Shown one piece after another: positions 36,575 through 46,956 of a stretch of 64,000 nucleotides of DNA. The notes under the pieces were generated by a model. That model saw nothing but the letters and a program-made list of their open reading frames with translations, did not search any database and was not told the origin of the DNA. The DNA is from Candidatus Poribacteria bacterium (GTDB lineage: Bacteria > Poribacteria > WGA-4E > WGA-3G), in assembly GCA_965205015.1 (NCBI GenBank), contig OZ242029.1, forward strand, positions 864,001-928,000. The letters are read 5' to 3'. A program made the translations under genes and the position numbers. Positions within the stretch are counted from its first letter, which is position 1; the number at the start of each line of letters is the position of its first letter.

Positions 36575-37624
36575 ATGGAATTTTACCACGGTACAACCTT
36601 AAACAGTGCGAGAGGGATCGTTGAAAACGGGTTCCGTCCACGTGGCGGAGCCGTCTGGTTCACAAACAGCCAGGATTATGCGAAAAACCGCGCCGAACAA
36701 AAGGCGCGACGGAAAAATCGGCGTCCAATTGTAATTAAAACCGAGTTGGATGTCGACAAACTTCGAACGCTTCTCGGTCCGGGCAAAATTCATGTACGGG
36801 GCGGCATCATAGCCGCTAACGAACACCTGCCCGTTCAACTTTTACACTCCAACCTCTTTGAGTGGCTCGCGTGTCCAGTCGCACTCTCACAATGGATTAA
36901 CCGTCAATTGGGACTTTACGCCCACAACGGCGTGAGCCAAAACCACTGGGGGGTCGTGAGGTTGGCACACTGGATGAATAACCGAATGCAATCGGGAACC
37001 GGAAACCGTATTGACCGGAAAGAATTCTTTGCAAAAGGCGAACAATGGTTGCCCACGTTCTTTAGTAGAATTCCCTTTAGCCCAGAAGTTTTACCTATTC
37101 AGCACTTACAGAATGACACGATTGAAGTTAATGTGCTGTACCCAGACACACAGGAAAAACCAGACCAGCCAGTGAAAGTTGATGCACATTACACCAAAGC
37201 CATAGCCGACATTTCTGATCAGAATCCGAAACGACGGATACGTGGACTTCAATTCCTTGAAAAAATCGGAACTGAGGACCTATTCGATTGGTGTGTCCTG
37301 CATCTTGAAGACGAATCGGTGGACGTGGTATGCAACGCGCTACGAACTATGCAACGGTGTGACGACGGATACACCGCCCCTATTCTGGGGTATGCTGCAT
37401 CTAAGAACAAACGCATCCGGGCGAGCGCGCTCGCAGCACTCGCAAAGCACGATTCTCATGATGCTGAACGCTGGTTCGAGCGGGGCCTCAAAGACTCTGA
37501 GACGTGCGTCCGTATGGAAGTCGCAAGACTTTTACCAAGGCTCGATAGAATCGAATACCGCACGCTCTTCGACATCGCACGGCACGATCCGAATCCTGCC
37601 GTCAAACGTAGTGCGAAAAAATAG
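36575..37624 (+). CDS. Protein with N-terminal ART-like domain and C-terminal HEAT repeats
   Basis: GAGGAG RBS. FYHGT...GF...VWFT...YA at the N-terminus. HEAT-like units (LEDESVDVV, NKRIRASA, LKDSETCVR, HDPNPAVK). Confidence 0.6.
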   Translation: MEFYHGTTLNSARGIVENGFRPRGGAVWFTNSQDYAKNRAEQKARRKNRRPIVIKTELDVDKLRTLLGPGKIHVRGGIIAANEHLPVQLLHSNLFEWLACPVALSQWINRQLGLYAHNGVSQNHWGVVRLAHWMNNRMQSGTGNRIDRKEFFAKGEQWLPTFFSRIPFSPEVLPIQHLQNDTIEVNVLYPDTQEKPDQPVKVDAHYTKAIADISDQNPKRRIRGLQFLEKIGTEDLFDWCVLHLEDESVDVVCNALRTMQRCDDGYTAPILGYAASKNKRIRASALAALAKHDSHDAERWFERGLKDSETCVRMEVARLLPRLDRIEYRTLFDIARHDPNPAVKRSAKK

Positions 37625-37650
37625 TATTAGCATTAAAACAAAAAGCGAGA

Positions 37651-38670
37651 ATGAATTATCAACGCAAGATTCTCTTTGCCATGGCACTGCTGATTGGCTT
37701 GCTCGGGACGGGGACGGTTGGCTATCTATTGCTCGAAGGGGATAATCCTCAAGGGGAGTGGCAACTTCTCGATGCAATTTACATGACCGTCATCACCCTA
37801 ACAACCGTCGGTTATGAGAACATGGGGATGAGCGATGCTGGACGAATTTTCACCCTATTTCTACTCATTGGCGGGTTCGGCGTGTTCACCTATAGTGTTA
37901 CGATCGCCACCGCATTCCTCATTGAAGGACAACTCCAAAGTTTTTTCCGACAACAAAAAATGGTTCGAACTGTCGATAAATTAGAAAACCACTATATTGT
38001 CTGTGGACTCGGTGATACCGGGGTCCATGTGCTTGACGAGATGCTGAAGTCAGAAGTAGATTTCGTCGGTATCGAATTCGAGGAAGAACGACTCCTCTAC
38101 CTCTCTGACACACGAAACTTTCTATACCTCCACGGCGACGCAACCGATGACGAATTGCTCATACGGGCGGGAATCGAACGCGCCAAAGGGCTCGTCACAT
38201 GCCTCAGCCGTGACCAAGATAATCTGTTCGTCGTGATCTCCGCGAGAAAATTGAACCCACGGTTAAGGATCGCCTCTAAAGCCGTCGAAGACAATTCACC
38301 CGGAAAACTCATGACCGCAGGCGCAGATGAGGTCGTCCTACCGGATCACATCGGCGGACTCCGCCTCGCCTCCGGCATCCTCCAACCACAACTCGTAGGG
38401 TTCTTAGAAAATATCACCCAAAACCAAGACGGTGCCCAGTTCACTGAATCCATTATTCAAGAAGGCTCCGCTCTGGACGGGATCTTACTCAAAGCCGCCA
38501 GCATCCACGAACAAACCGGTTTAGTTGTTATCGCAATCCATGATAACGACGGGACGTTCCTCTATAATCCTCCTGGAGATAAGAAAATTGCAGCCGGTGA
38601 CGCCCTGTTAGTCATAGCCAACCAGAAGCAGCTACAAACATTGCACAAACTTACCGGAGATTTAAGTTAG
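37651..38670 (+). CDS. Potassium channel protein with RCK (TrkA-N/C) domains
   Basis: TLTTVGY pore motif, HYIVCGLG, GDAT, AGIERA, C-terminal YNPP..I.AGD.L. Confidence 0.9.
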   Translation: MNYQRKILFAMALLIGLLGTGTVGYLLLEGDNPQGEWQLLDAIYMTVITLTTVGYENMGMSDAGRIFTLFLLIGGFGVFTYSVTIATAFLIEGQLQSFFRQQKMVRTVDKLENHYIVCGLGDTGVHVLDEMLKSEVDFVGIEFEEERLLYLSDTRNFLYLHGDATDDELLIRAGIERAKGLVTCLSRDQDNLFVVISARKLNPRLRIASKAVEDNSPGKLMTAGADEVVLPDHIGGLRLASGILQPQLVGFLENITQNQDGAQFTESIIQEGSALDGILLKAASIHEQTGLVVIAIHDNDGTFLYNPPGDKKIAAGDALLVIANQKQLQTLHKLTGDLS

Positions 38671-38680
38671 ACGAAAAGCG

Positions 38681-38709
38681 TTGACCTGTTATCTTCCGCG
38701 TGATATAAT
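38681..38709 (+). promoter_or_regulatory. Sigma70 promoter of comM
   Basis: TTGACC-17 nt-TATAAT with TGn. Confidence 0.7.
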
Positions 38710-38821
38710 AGAGTCAGACGTTACCGGACGAGATTGAATCTCACCGTTGTAAAATACACGCGCATAAAACACAATATTGCAATACATTCTTAAACTGTTG
38801 AAAATTGGAAGGAACACATAT

Positions 38822-40360
38822 ATGCTCGCAACCGTTCTAAGCAGTGCAATGCTCGGAATTGATGCTTACATCGTGAAAGTTGAGGTAGATGTTGCTGGTG
38901 GAATGCCGTCCTTCAGTACTGTCGGCTTACCCGACAACGCCATCAAAGAGAGTCGGGATCGGGTTACCGCTGCCATTAAAAACTCCGGTTTTTACTTTCC
39001 ACCCACCCGAATCACGGCGAACTTAGCACCTGCGGATATCCGAAAAGCGGGATCGGCGTTTGACCTTCCTATTGCAATCGGGGTGATGGCAGCCACCAAG
39101 CAAGTAAACCTCACGAGACTCGAAAACGCAATAATTTTAGGTGAACTCGCACTTGATGGAAGCGTTCGCGGCATACAAGGTGGACTCCCTATCGCTATTT
39201 CCGCAAAAGAGAACGGCATTCGAGACCTCATCTTGCCAGCTGAAAATGCAAAAGAGGCAGCGATTGTCGAAGATGTGAACGTCTATCCGGTCACAAGCTT
39301 AGCAGAGGCGGCTGCATTCCTCAATTCCGAGAAAGAAATCGTAGCAGAACCACACGCGCTTAGCACGCATGTACACAAGGAGCATCCTGACACACATCTT
39401 GACCTGCTCGATGTGAAAGGGCAGGAACACGTTAAACGCGCCATTGAAGTCGCCGCCGCAGGTGGGCATAATCTCATCATGATTGGACCGCCCGGCTCCG
39501 GAAAGACCATGATCGCGAAACGAATTCCGTCGATTCTGCCGAAACTGTCTATCAACGAATCGTTAGAAACGACGAAAATTCAAAGTGTCATCGGTATTTT
39601 GCCGAGCGATACACCTCTGGTCGTGACGCGCCCATACCGTTCACCACACCATACGATTTCAGACGCAGGTTTAATCGGCGGTGGAAGAGTACCGCGTCCC
39701 GGTGAAGTGAGTCTCGCACATAACGGTGTACTCTTTTTAGATGAACTCCCCGAATTCCGACGAAACGTTCTTGAAGTCATGCGGCAACCGCTCGAAGATC
39801 GGCAAGTAACCATCTCCCGCGCATCTGCATCCCTCACGTATCCCGCGAATTTCATGCTCGTCGCCGCCATGAACCCGTGTCCCTGCGGATTTTTTAGCGA
39901 TCCGACCCGGGATTGCAAGTGTTCGTCCACTCAGATTCAAAACTACGTCTCCCGGATCTCTGGACCGCTCTTAGATAGAATCGACATCCAAGTTGAAGTG
40001 CCAGCGGTGAAATATGCTGAACTTGCAAACGAAACAACCGGTGAACCCTCGGCACACGTCCAAGAACGGGTTGAAAAGGCACGGCACATCCAACAGCAAC
40101 GCTTCGCAGACACGGCAATACACGCCAACGCAAACATGGAATCTAAACAGATACGAGAGTACTGCACAATCGATTCCCAAGCACAGGATCTGCTACGGGT
40201 CGCGATTAACCAATTAGGACTCAGTGCACGTGCCTATGACCGAATTTTGAAGGTAGCACGCACCATCGCCGACTTAGACGAAAACCCGCATATAGAGGCA
40301 GTTCACGTCTCTGAAGCCATACAATATCGGAGTCTCGACCGAAGCTTCTGGAAACAGTAA
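38822..40360 (+). CDS. comM: YifB/ComM Mg-chelatase-like AAA+ ATPase
   Basis: VGLPD..IKESRDRV, NLAPAD, FDLPIA, GPPGSGKT, RSPHHT, PGEVSLAHNGVLFLDE, NPCPCG, LSARAY. Confidence 0.93.
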   Translation: MLATVLSSAMLGIDAYIVKVEVDVAGGMPSFSTVGLPDNAIKESRDRVTAAIKNSGFYFPPTRITANLAPADIRKAGSAFDLPIAIGVMAATKQVNLTRLENAIILGELALDGSVRGIQGGLPIAISAKENGIRDLILPAENAKEAAIVEDVNVYPVTSLAEAAAFLNSEKEIVAEPHALSTHVHKEHPDTHLDLLDVKGQEHVKRAIEVAAAGGHNLIMIGPPGSGKTMIAKRIPSILPKLSINESLETTKIQSVIGILPSDTPLVVTRPYRSPHHTISDAGLIGGGRVPRPGEVSLAHNGVLFLDELPEFRRNVLEVMRQPLEDRQVTISRASASLTYPANFMLVAAMNPCPCGFFSDPTRDCKCSSTQIQNYVSRISGPLLDRIDIQVEVPAVKYAELANETTGEPSAHVQERVEKARHIQQQRFADTAIHANANMESKQIREYCTIDSQAQDLLRVAINQLGLSARAYDRILKVARTIADLDENPHIEAVHVSEAIQYRSLDRSFWKQ

Positions 40361-40499
40361 CCCTACAAAGAGAGGTTTTCTTAAAATTAGCAAAAGCAAG
40401 CAGCAAGTCGACAACGGAGGCTTGCGGATTTCAAGCAGGAATGGTGCAGGCACAAAGCCATTTCCGCTACGCTTGGCGACTAATTAAAAGAAAGGAAAA

Positions 40500-41852
40500 A
40501 TGCAACCGAATTTCATTATCTTCCTAACCGACGATCAAGGATACGGCGATCTGTCCTGCATGGGTGCCCCTGATTTTAAAACGCCACATCTCGACAGAAT
40601 GGCAGCAGAGGGAGTACGCTTCACAGACTGGTACTCAAATTCACCCGTCTGTTCCCCTTCGCGCGCAGCACTCCTGACAGGACGATACCCGTGTCATGCG
40701 GGGGTCCGTTCTATTTTAGCAGGACATCGCACCGCTACAGGGTTACCGCCTTCCGTGCCTTCACTCGCAACAGCCCTAAAAGAGCGAGGCTATTACACAG
40801 CGATGTCTGGAAAATGGCATCTCGGACTCGCAGAAGGTTCACGTCCGGAGCACCACGGCTTCGACGATTGGTTCGGATTCATGGCAGGGTGCATCGATTT
40901 CTTCTCACATATCTTCTACTGGGGCTTAGGACAGCCCGGCATTGACCAGACACATGATCTCTGGGAAAACGGTGAAGAAATCTATCGCAACGGTGAATAC
41001 TTCACAGAACTCATCACCGAATACGCCATCCGATATATCCGAAAGTCTGTTGAACTCGGCAAACCTTTTTTCCTCTACGTGCCTTACAACGCACCGCATT
41101 ATCCGATGCACGCACCAGAAAAATATGTAGATCGGTTCCCAAATTTGCCTTGGGACAGACAGATTATGGCAGCGATGCTCAGTGCCGTTGACGATAGCGT
41201 CGGCGAAATTTTTGCCGAACTTGAGAGACTCGGACTCGCAGAAAATACCTTCTCCTACTTCCAAAGCGACAACGGTCCCTCGCGTGAAACCCGAAACTGG
41301 TTAGATGGCACACAGGACCCGTATTACGGCGGCACTGCCGGTAAACTGAAAGGACATAAATTTAGCCTCTATGAAGGGGGTATCCGTTCACCCGGAATCA
41401 TGAACTGGCCCCAGCGAATTCCTGCAGGACAGGTCATTAATGAGATCGGCGCAGCAATGGATGTATTTCCGACCTTTCTCGCAGCGGCAGGTGGAGATCC
41501 CTCCGAGTACGAACTCGATGGCCTCGATGTCCTACCTATGGTGACAACCCATGAATCCACGCCACATCGTGAAATTTATTGGGAGATGGGTAAGCAGACC
41601 GCCGTGCGGCGTGGTAATTGGAAATTGGTTCTCAACGGTCAATTGGTAGAAGGCGCACCGCCAGAAGACGATGTACATCTCGCAAACCTTGATACCGACA
41701 TGGGGGAAACGAAAAACCTGAAAGATGAACACCCAGCAGTCACCACTGAATTGACGGAAGCCGCCCAAACATGGCGCGAAGGTATTGAAACGCATTGGGA
41801 GACCGAATGGGTCAATCCGAACGGGACAACCGGTTACGTCAAGGAGCAATAA
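40500..41852 (+). CDS. Cys-type sulfatase
   Basis: [45 protein letters not shown]. Confidence 0.93.
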   Translation: MQPNFIIFLTDDQGYGDLSCMGAPDFKTPHLDRMAAEGVRFTDWYSNSPVCSPSRAALLTGRYPCHAGVRSILAGHRTATGLPPSVPSLATALKERGYYTAMSGKWHLGLAEGSRPEHHGFDDWFGFMAGCIDFFSHIFYWGLGQPGIDQTHDLWENGEEIYRNGEYFTELITEYAIRYIRKSVELGKPFFLYVPYNAPHYPMHAPEKYVDRFPNLPWDRQIMAAMLSAVDDSVGEIFAELERLGLAENTFSYFQSDNGPSRETRNWLDGTQDPYYGGTAGKLKGHKFSLYEGGIRSPGIMNWPQRIPAGQVINEIGAAMDVFPTFLAAAGGDPSEYELDGLDVLPMVTTHESTPHREIYWEMGKQTAVRRGNWKLVLNGQLVEGAPPEDDVHLANLDTDMGETKNLKDEHPAVTTELTEAAQTWREGIETHWETEWVNPNGTTGYVKEQ

Positions 41853-41853
41853 T

Positions 41854-42597
41854 ATGCTAACCGATACCCAAGATGCCTACGGGCACCTGCTTTCAGATTA
41901 TCATAATGGCAGAGAAAATGTCGAAATTGTGGAGAGAGAAGACGGGTTCATTGACGTAAGCCGTTTCGGACCTTTTAACTACTTTGCTGAATATAACGAC
42001 TGGGCTGAACACCAAAGAACGGGAATAGCACACGCCACAGGACGGGTTTTGGATATTGGATGTGGGGTAGGACGACATTCTATCTATCTTCAGGAACAAG
42101 GTCTTGAGGTCTTAGGCACGGATATCTCACCCTTAGCCATCCAGACGTGCCAAAGCCGTGGACTCAAAAATGCCCTCGTCACATCTGTCACACAGTTGAG
42201 TTCCAAAATCGGCATCTTTGACACGATTCTCATGATGGGACACAATTTTGGACTCATGGGAAGTTACAAAAGAGCAAAGTGGCTCTTGAGACGCTTTGCT
42301 GCCATGACAACAGATACCGCGAAAATTATCGCTGAAACAACGGATCCTTATCAAACAGAGGAACCCTGCCACTTAGCCTATCACCAATTCAACCGAGATA
42401 GAGGACGAATGAGCGGCCAGTTAAAATTACGAATTCGTTACCGACAATATACCACGCCGTGGTTTGATTATCTGTTTGTTTCAAAGTCGGAGCTTGAAGA
42501 CCTCCTTGACGGAACAGCGTGGCGGGTTGAACGCTACATTGACGCAGCCAATACACCGACCTATGTCGCAATTTTATCTAAACGTACGTATTCCTGA
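41854..42597 (+). CDS. Class I SAM-dependent methyltransferase
   Basis: RVLDIGCGVGRH, DISP, FDTILMMG. AAGGAG RBS. Confidence 0.88.
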   Translation: MLTDTQDAYGHLLSDYHNGRENVEIVEREDGFIDVSRFGPFNYFAEYNDWAEHQRTGIAHATGRVLDIGCGVGRHSIYLQEQGLEVLGTDISPLAIQTCQSRGLKNALVTSVTQLSSKIGIFDTILMMGHNFGLMGSYKRAKWLLRRFAAMTTDTAKIIAETTDPYQTEEPCHLAYHQFNRDRGRMSGQLKLRIRYRQYTTPWFDYLFVSKSELEDLLDGTAWRVERYIDAANTPTYVAILSKRTYS

Positions 42598-42725
42598 TTA
42601 TAAGAGTCGCGGTCGGCGCGTCGCTGGTGAGTTGTTTTTGCTTGGGTATTTCCCCAAGAAATCTCACCCATCAAGAACATCCTTGTTAATGAAATTGAAA
42701 GCCTCGCCAAAAGACGAGATATGTC

Positions 42726-43610
42726 ATGATACTTTTTAAATTTGCCTTTATTACGGACACACATCTGTACCTAAATGCGCCAAAGAATTTCGCAAGCGGA
42801 CTCCAGCAACAAAAAAAGAGTCCACAACTTTACGAAAAGTTGGTTGAACAACTGAACGCGTTCGAGCCTGCCTTTGTGATTCATGGTGGGGACATCGTTT
42901 GCGGGGGTCAGAGCTTCGGCATGTCCGCAGAAGAATACGAAGCCACGCTTGATGGCGCGCAACAACTTGGGCACCGCATAAATGCGCCCTGCTATTATAT
43001 CCCCGGCAACCACGATTTGCATCCGGAAACGGGTTCCAAAGACGATTATTTGGCACGCTTCAGCACCAACGGCATGGGATCCCTCAGTTTTGTGCACGAA
43101 AATATCCGATTTATCCTTCTCGATTCGCAGGAGGTCCCTGAAGACCTCACACACGGATATATCAGCACGAACCAACTGGCATGGGCGGAACGCGAATTGA
43201 AAAGGGCGCGGGATTACAATCAAGAGGTTTTCATCTTCTCACATCAACTCCCGTTTCCAAGCGTCGAATTCCAAGGGATTGGTTCAAGAGTTGCTAACTC
43301 CGCAGAGGTGCTTGAAATTACCGCCCCCTTTGAGAGACAAATTTTGGCGTTTTTCTGTGGACATCTGCATCTCAATCGCGTCTTCAGAGAACAAGGCATG
43401 CTGTGTATCGTCTCCTCTGGGATTATCTGTTATCCGATGATGTGGCGACAGGTACTGGTATATCCGGACAGAGTTGACGTGAAGTCCGTGCCGGTCGACG
43501 TACCGGATGTTCTCGCTGAATCAGAGGCAGTCAGCCCAGACAACAACCTGTATCTACTCGGCAGAGATCGGGATCTAAACTTCAGTATTCAACGGGGAGA
43601 TTCCCTTTAG
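42726..43610 (+). CDS. Calcineurin-like metallophosphoesterase
   Basis: DTH, GGD, PGNHD, SH, GHLH. Confidence 0.9.
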   Translation: MILFKFAFITDTHLYLNAPKNFASGLQQQKKSPQLYEKLVEQLNAFEPAFVIHGGDIVCGGQSFGMSAEEYEATLDGAQQLGHRINAPCYYIPGNHDLHPETGSKDDYLARFSTNGMGSLSFVHENIRFILLDSQEVPEDLTHGYISTNQLAWAERELKRARDYNQEVFIFSHQLPFPSVEFQGIGSRVANSAEVLEITAPFERQILAFFCGHLHLNRVFREQGMLCIVSSGIICYPMMWRQVLVYPDRVDVKSVPVDVPDVLAESEAVSPDNNLYLLGRDRDLNFSIQRGDSL

Positions 43611-43675
43611 AGGGATTGAAAAAACCGTGAATGCCACGTTTCACCTGATACCTCCCGTCAGGACCAAGTTAAAAG

Positions 43676-44650
43676 ATGATTGACGTTCAAAATATTACCA
43701 AAAACTACGGTCCTTTCCAAGCACTCAAGGACATCTCCTTCCAAGTAGACAAGGGGCAAATTGTCGGTTTCCTCGGTCCCAATGGCGCCGGAAAAACAAC
43801 GACAATGCGAATCCTCACCTGTTTTATGCCGGCAAGTAGCGGGCGCGTCACCGTCGCCGGATACGATGTTTTTAAAGAATCGCGAGAGGTTCGGAAACGC
43901 ATCGGTTACCTCCCCGAAAACGTTCCGCTCTATCCGGAAATGACGGTGACGAAGTACTTGACGTACATGGCAAAGATCCGTAGTGTACCGCGTAGCAACA
44001 TTAAAACGCAACTGGATACTGCCATTGAGGCATGCGGTCTCACCGAACGTCGACACCAGATTATCGGGCAACTCTCTCGCGGTTTCCGACAACGCGTCGG
44101 CTTAGCACAAGCCCTTATTCACGAACCTGACGTCTTAATTCTCGATGAACCCACCTCCGGATTAGATCCACGGCAGATCGTCGAAATTCGAGAATTAATC
44201 AAAGCACTCGGCAAGGAACGGACGATTCTGTTCAGCACCCACATCTTACCGGAAGCCAGTCTTACATGCGAACGGTTAATTATCATCAGCCGCGGTAAAA
44301 TTACGGGGGATGTTCTGTTGAAAGAGGGACGCGCTGTCCTCAGACAGAGCGATGAATCCACCAGGAATCCAGAGAATTTGCAAGTTGCCGCCTCCATTCT
44401 CGCGCTTGAGGTAGCAGGCGCATCAGCAGAGGATATATCAACAGCACTCCACGACATACCAAACGTGATTCAAGTCGAACAGATGGAGAGCGATACGGAT
44501 GACCCATCGACGTTCCACCTTTACTATACACTGGCGACTGACATCCGTTCAGAAGTGGCAGCAACCATCGTCAAACGCGGGTGGCACCTGCTTGAAATGC
44601 ACACGACTGAAATGTCACTTGAGGAACTGTTCCTGTCCCTGACGGTATAG
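43676..44650 (+). CDS. ABC-2 type transporter ATP-binding protein
   Basis: GPNGAGKTT, LSRGFRQR, ILDEPTSGLDP, STH. No adjacent permease. Confidence 0.92.
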   Translation: MIDVQNITKNYGPFQALKDISFQVDKGQIVGFLGPNGAGKTTTMRILTCFMPASSGRVTVAGYDVFKESREVRKRIGYLPENVPLYPEMTVTKYLTYMAKIRSVPRSNIKTQLDTAIEACGLTERRHQIIGQLSRGFRQRVGLAQALIHEPDVLILDEPTSGLDPRQIVEIRELIKALGKERTILFSTHILPEASLTCERLIIISRGKITGDVLLKEGRAVLRQSDESTRNPENLQVAASILALEVAGASAEDISTALHDIPNVIQVEQMESDTDDPSTFHLYYTLATDIRSEVAATIVKRGWHLLEMHTTEMSLEELFLSLTV

Positions 44651-44703
44651 CGCCTGCTATCTGCTACGACACCGGTTCATTGCGTCCATTGGAAACGTCA
44701 ATC

Positions 44704-45975
44704 ATGCGTCTAACAACCCTCTGGATTATATGCAACGTCGCTCTATTTCTCTTTGGGTGCGGTGAGGAAGGCATTGAGGAGATACAACCCGAATCTGAGC
44801 CGGAACACCTCACAGAGACGCTCAATCTCTTCACTGAGAGCGAATGGGCAGTGATTGAAAGTTTATCCCCGCTACCTGACAAACCCCCACCAAGTCCCAC
44901 AAACCGCGTCGCTGACAATCCAGATGCGGCGCAGTTAGGTCAGATGTTTTTCTTTGATGCTCGATTTTCAAAGGAAGGCACGATCGCCTGTGCAACATGT
45001 CATTCACCCTTCCACGGCTTCACCGATGTTGAAGCCACTTCATTGGGCAACAGACGCGGCACAAGAAATTCACCAACGCTACTCAACGCTGCTTATAACA
45101 AATGGCAATTTTGGGACGGACGCGCCGAGACGCTCTGGGCACAAGCACTCTTCGCACTTGAAGGTGAGGAAGAACAAGCAGGCACACGACTTCAGTACGC
45201 GCACCTCATCAAACAACATTATGAAGCAGAATATGAATCCGTTTTCGGCGCACTTCCTGAACTTGAAGATGCCACACGTTTCCCACCTAATGGTAAACCC
45301 GGCAATGTAGCATTCGATAACATGTCCGAAGTGGATCAGATCGCCGTGAATACCGTTTTCGCAAACATTGGTAAGGCAATTGAAGCCTACGAACGCCTTT
45401 TGATTACTCCGAACGCACCGTTTGATCGGTACGTGGCAGGCGACGAAGAGGCAATTACACTCGAAGCGAAACGCGGCTTAAAGATATTCATCGGAAAAGG
45501 CGTTTGTGTCCTCTGCCACGGCACCCCACATTTCAGAGATGACGATTTTCATAATCTTGGGATACCACAAGGACCCTTGCCGGAAGATACCGGACGTTTC
45601 CAAGGAATCGCGAAACTCTTAGCCGATCCGTTTAACAGTGCAGGCATTTATAGCGATTCAAGGGTGGATGCTGCAAACACGCTGAATCTCCTGGAGCCAA
45701 GACTGGAACACCAAGGTGAATTCAAAACGCCAACCCTCCGGAATGTTGCCCTCACGCCACCCTACTTCCACACTGGCGAATTTCCAACACTCGCCTCTGT
45801 CATTGAATTCAACGACGCAGGTGGCACCACAAACGAATTTGCAGGTAGGCGCGCAGCCCCAGTGGAACCCCTTCATCTCAGCGAACAGGAAAAAAGAGAC
45901 CTTGTCGAGTTTTTAGAGACATTGACAGGGGAACCGCCACCCGCCCATCTGCTCATAAAACCTAAACTCCCTTAG
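44704..45975 (+). CDS. Di-heme cytochrome c peroxidase / MauG family lipoprotein
   Basis: LFGC lipobox, CATCH, RNSPT, QFWDGRA, CVLCH, FKTPTLRNV..TPPYFH. Confidence 0.9.
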   Translation: MRLTTLWIICNVALFLFGCGEEGIEEIQPESEPEHLTETLNLFTESEWAVIESLSPLPDKPPPSPTNRVADNPDAAQLGQMFFFDARFSKEGTIACATCHSPFHGFTDVEATSLGNRRGTRNSPTLLNAAYNKWQFWDGRAETLWAQALFALEGEEEQAGTRLQYAHLIKQHYEAEYESVFGALPELEDATRFPPNGKPGNVAFDNMSEVDQIAVNTVFANIGKAIEAYERLLITPNAPFDRYVAGDEEAITLEAKRGLKIFIGKGVCVLCHGTPHFRDDDFHNLGIPQGPLPEDTGRFQGIAKLLADPFNSAGIYSDSRVDAANTLNLLEPRLEHQGEFKTPTLRNVALTPPYFHTGEFPTLASVIEFNDAGGTTNEFAGRRAAPVEPLHLSEQEKRDLVEFLETLTGEPPPAHLLIKPKLP

Positions 45976-46730
45976 TTATTTTCCACATCAAGCGGGAGTT
46001 TCAACTGCTCGCGTACGGCTCGCCGGACCTCATCACAGATACGCATGGCGTGTGCCGTTTCGTCCGCGGTCGCGAATTTCCCGGGGTAACGGGGATCCAC
46101 CGCATGTTCCGACAGCTTTGAAAAATCTTCCCGCCACACATCCCAAGCAGGGAGAACCGGGACAATCAGATTCAATAACTCCTGTAAATCGTGTGTCCTC
46201 GGAAACGGAATATTCACCTCTTGAAGCCACGCCTTTAGATACTTTTCAACGCACTGCTGAGTAAGAAAGCAGATAACATCGTTTACTGGATTCTGCCCGT
46301 GCTGATTTTGCTGCGCCACAGTATAATCGCCTTCCGCTTTCTGTACCCATTCCTCTGTCAATGGATTTATCACGTGTTTTTCCTTCTTTACGGGTTTCAA
46401 GAAAAAATTGGGAGTTTCATAAAGCACCTCGCCTTTTTCAGTGATCTCTCGGAGAAACCAGTCGTTATACGCAAGGCGATATGCGAGGTCTTCAGGCGAA
46501 TGCACAAGCACGTGCAGGTGGAAAGGACGCGCGAGACGCTCCCGAATTTCTATCTCCTGTCGCCGTGTTTCCGATTTCGCTATCGGCATCACCACCAACA
46601 GATCAACATCCGATCTCTCCGTGGGCGTGCCGTAGACATAAGAGCCGAACAGCATCACTTGTAACGGCGCGAATTCACGCACGATGTCATCACAGATCGC
46701 TTGAATGTCTTCCCGAGTAACCATGTTCAT
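45972..46730 (-). CDS. Fused minimal nucleotidyltransferase (MNT)-HEPN protein
   Basis: GS-X10-DVD motif, then HEPN-like W..KAEGD, QQCVEKYLKA, PRTHDL, RYPG. Confidence 0.85.
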   Translation of the reverse strand: MNMVTREDIQAICDDIVREFAPLQVMLFGSYVYGTPTERSDVDLLVVMPIAKSETRRQEIEIRERLARPFHLHVLVHSPEDLAYRLAYNDWFLREITEKGEVLYETPNFFLKPVKKEKHVINPLTEEWVQKAEGDYTVAQQNQHGQNPVNDVICFLTQQCVEKYLKAWLQEVNIPFPRTHDLQELLNLIVPVLPAWDVWREDFSKLSEHAVDPRYPGKFATADETAHAMRICDEVRRAVREQLKLPLDVENN

Positions 46731-46872
46731 GCCCTCTTCCGTTTCAGCAGGTCTATCACAGCGTCAACCCTATCAACAGAAACACCCACAAAGTGGAAAA
46801 TGTATACAACGCATTATGCCACATCTCCGTCGTAGACGCAAGAAAAATCTCATCTAAATTTTCAAAAAACAC

Positions 46873-46901
46873 TTGATTTCTAAATGCATTCATCGTATAA
46901 T
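46873..46901 (+). promoter_or_regulatory. Sigma70 promoter
   Basis: TTGATT-17 nt-TATAAT. Confidence 0.65.
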
Positions 46902-46956
46902 CTATGCTACGAAATCATTTGAACAGAGAGGCATAATCACCGAAAAAAGAACAATT

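Noticed and set aside
38710-38775. Hairpin in the comM leader as a riboswitch or tRNA
   Set aside because: A single imperfect stem (GAGAT-TGA-ATCTC) with no recognisable aptamer or cloverleaf.
43676-44650. Orphan ABC ATPases (also 55693-56778) as a novel system
   Set aside because: Motifs are standard, and partner genes are probably elsewhere in the genome.
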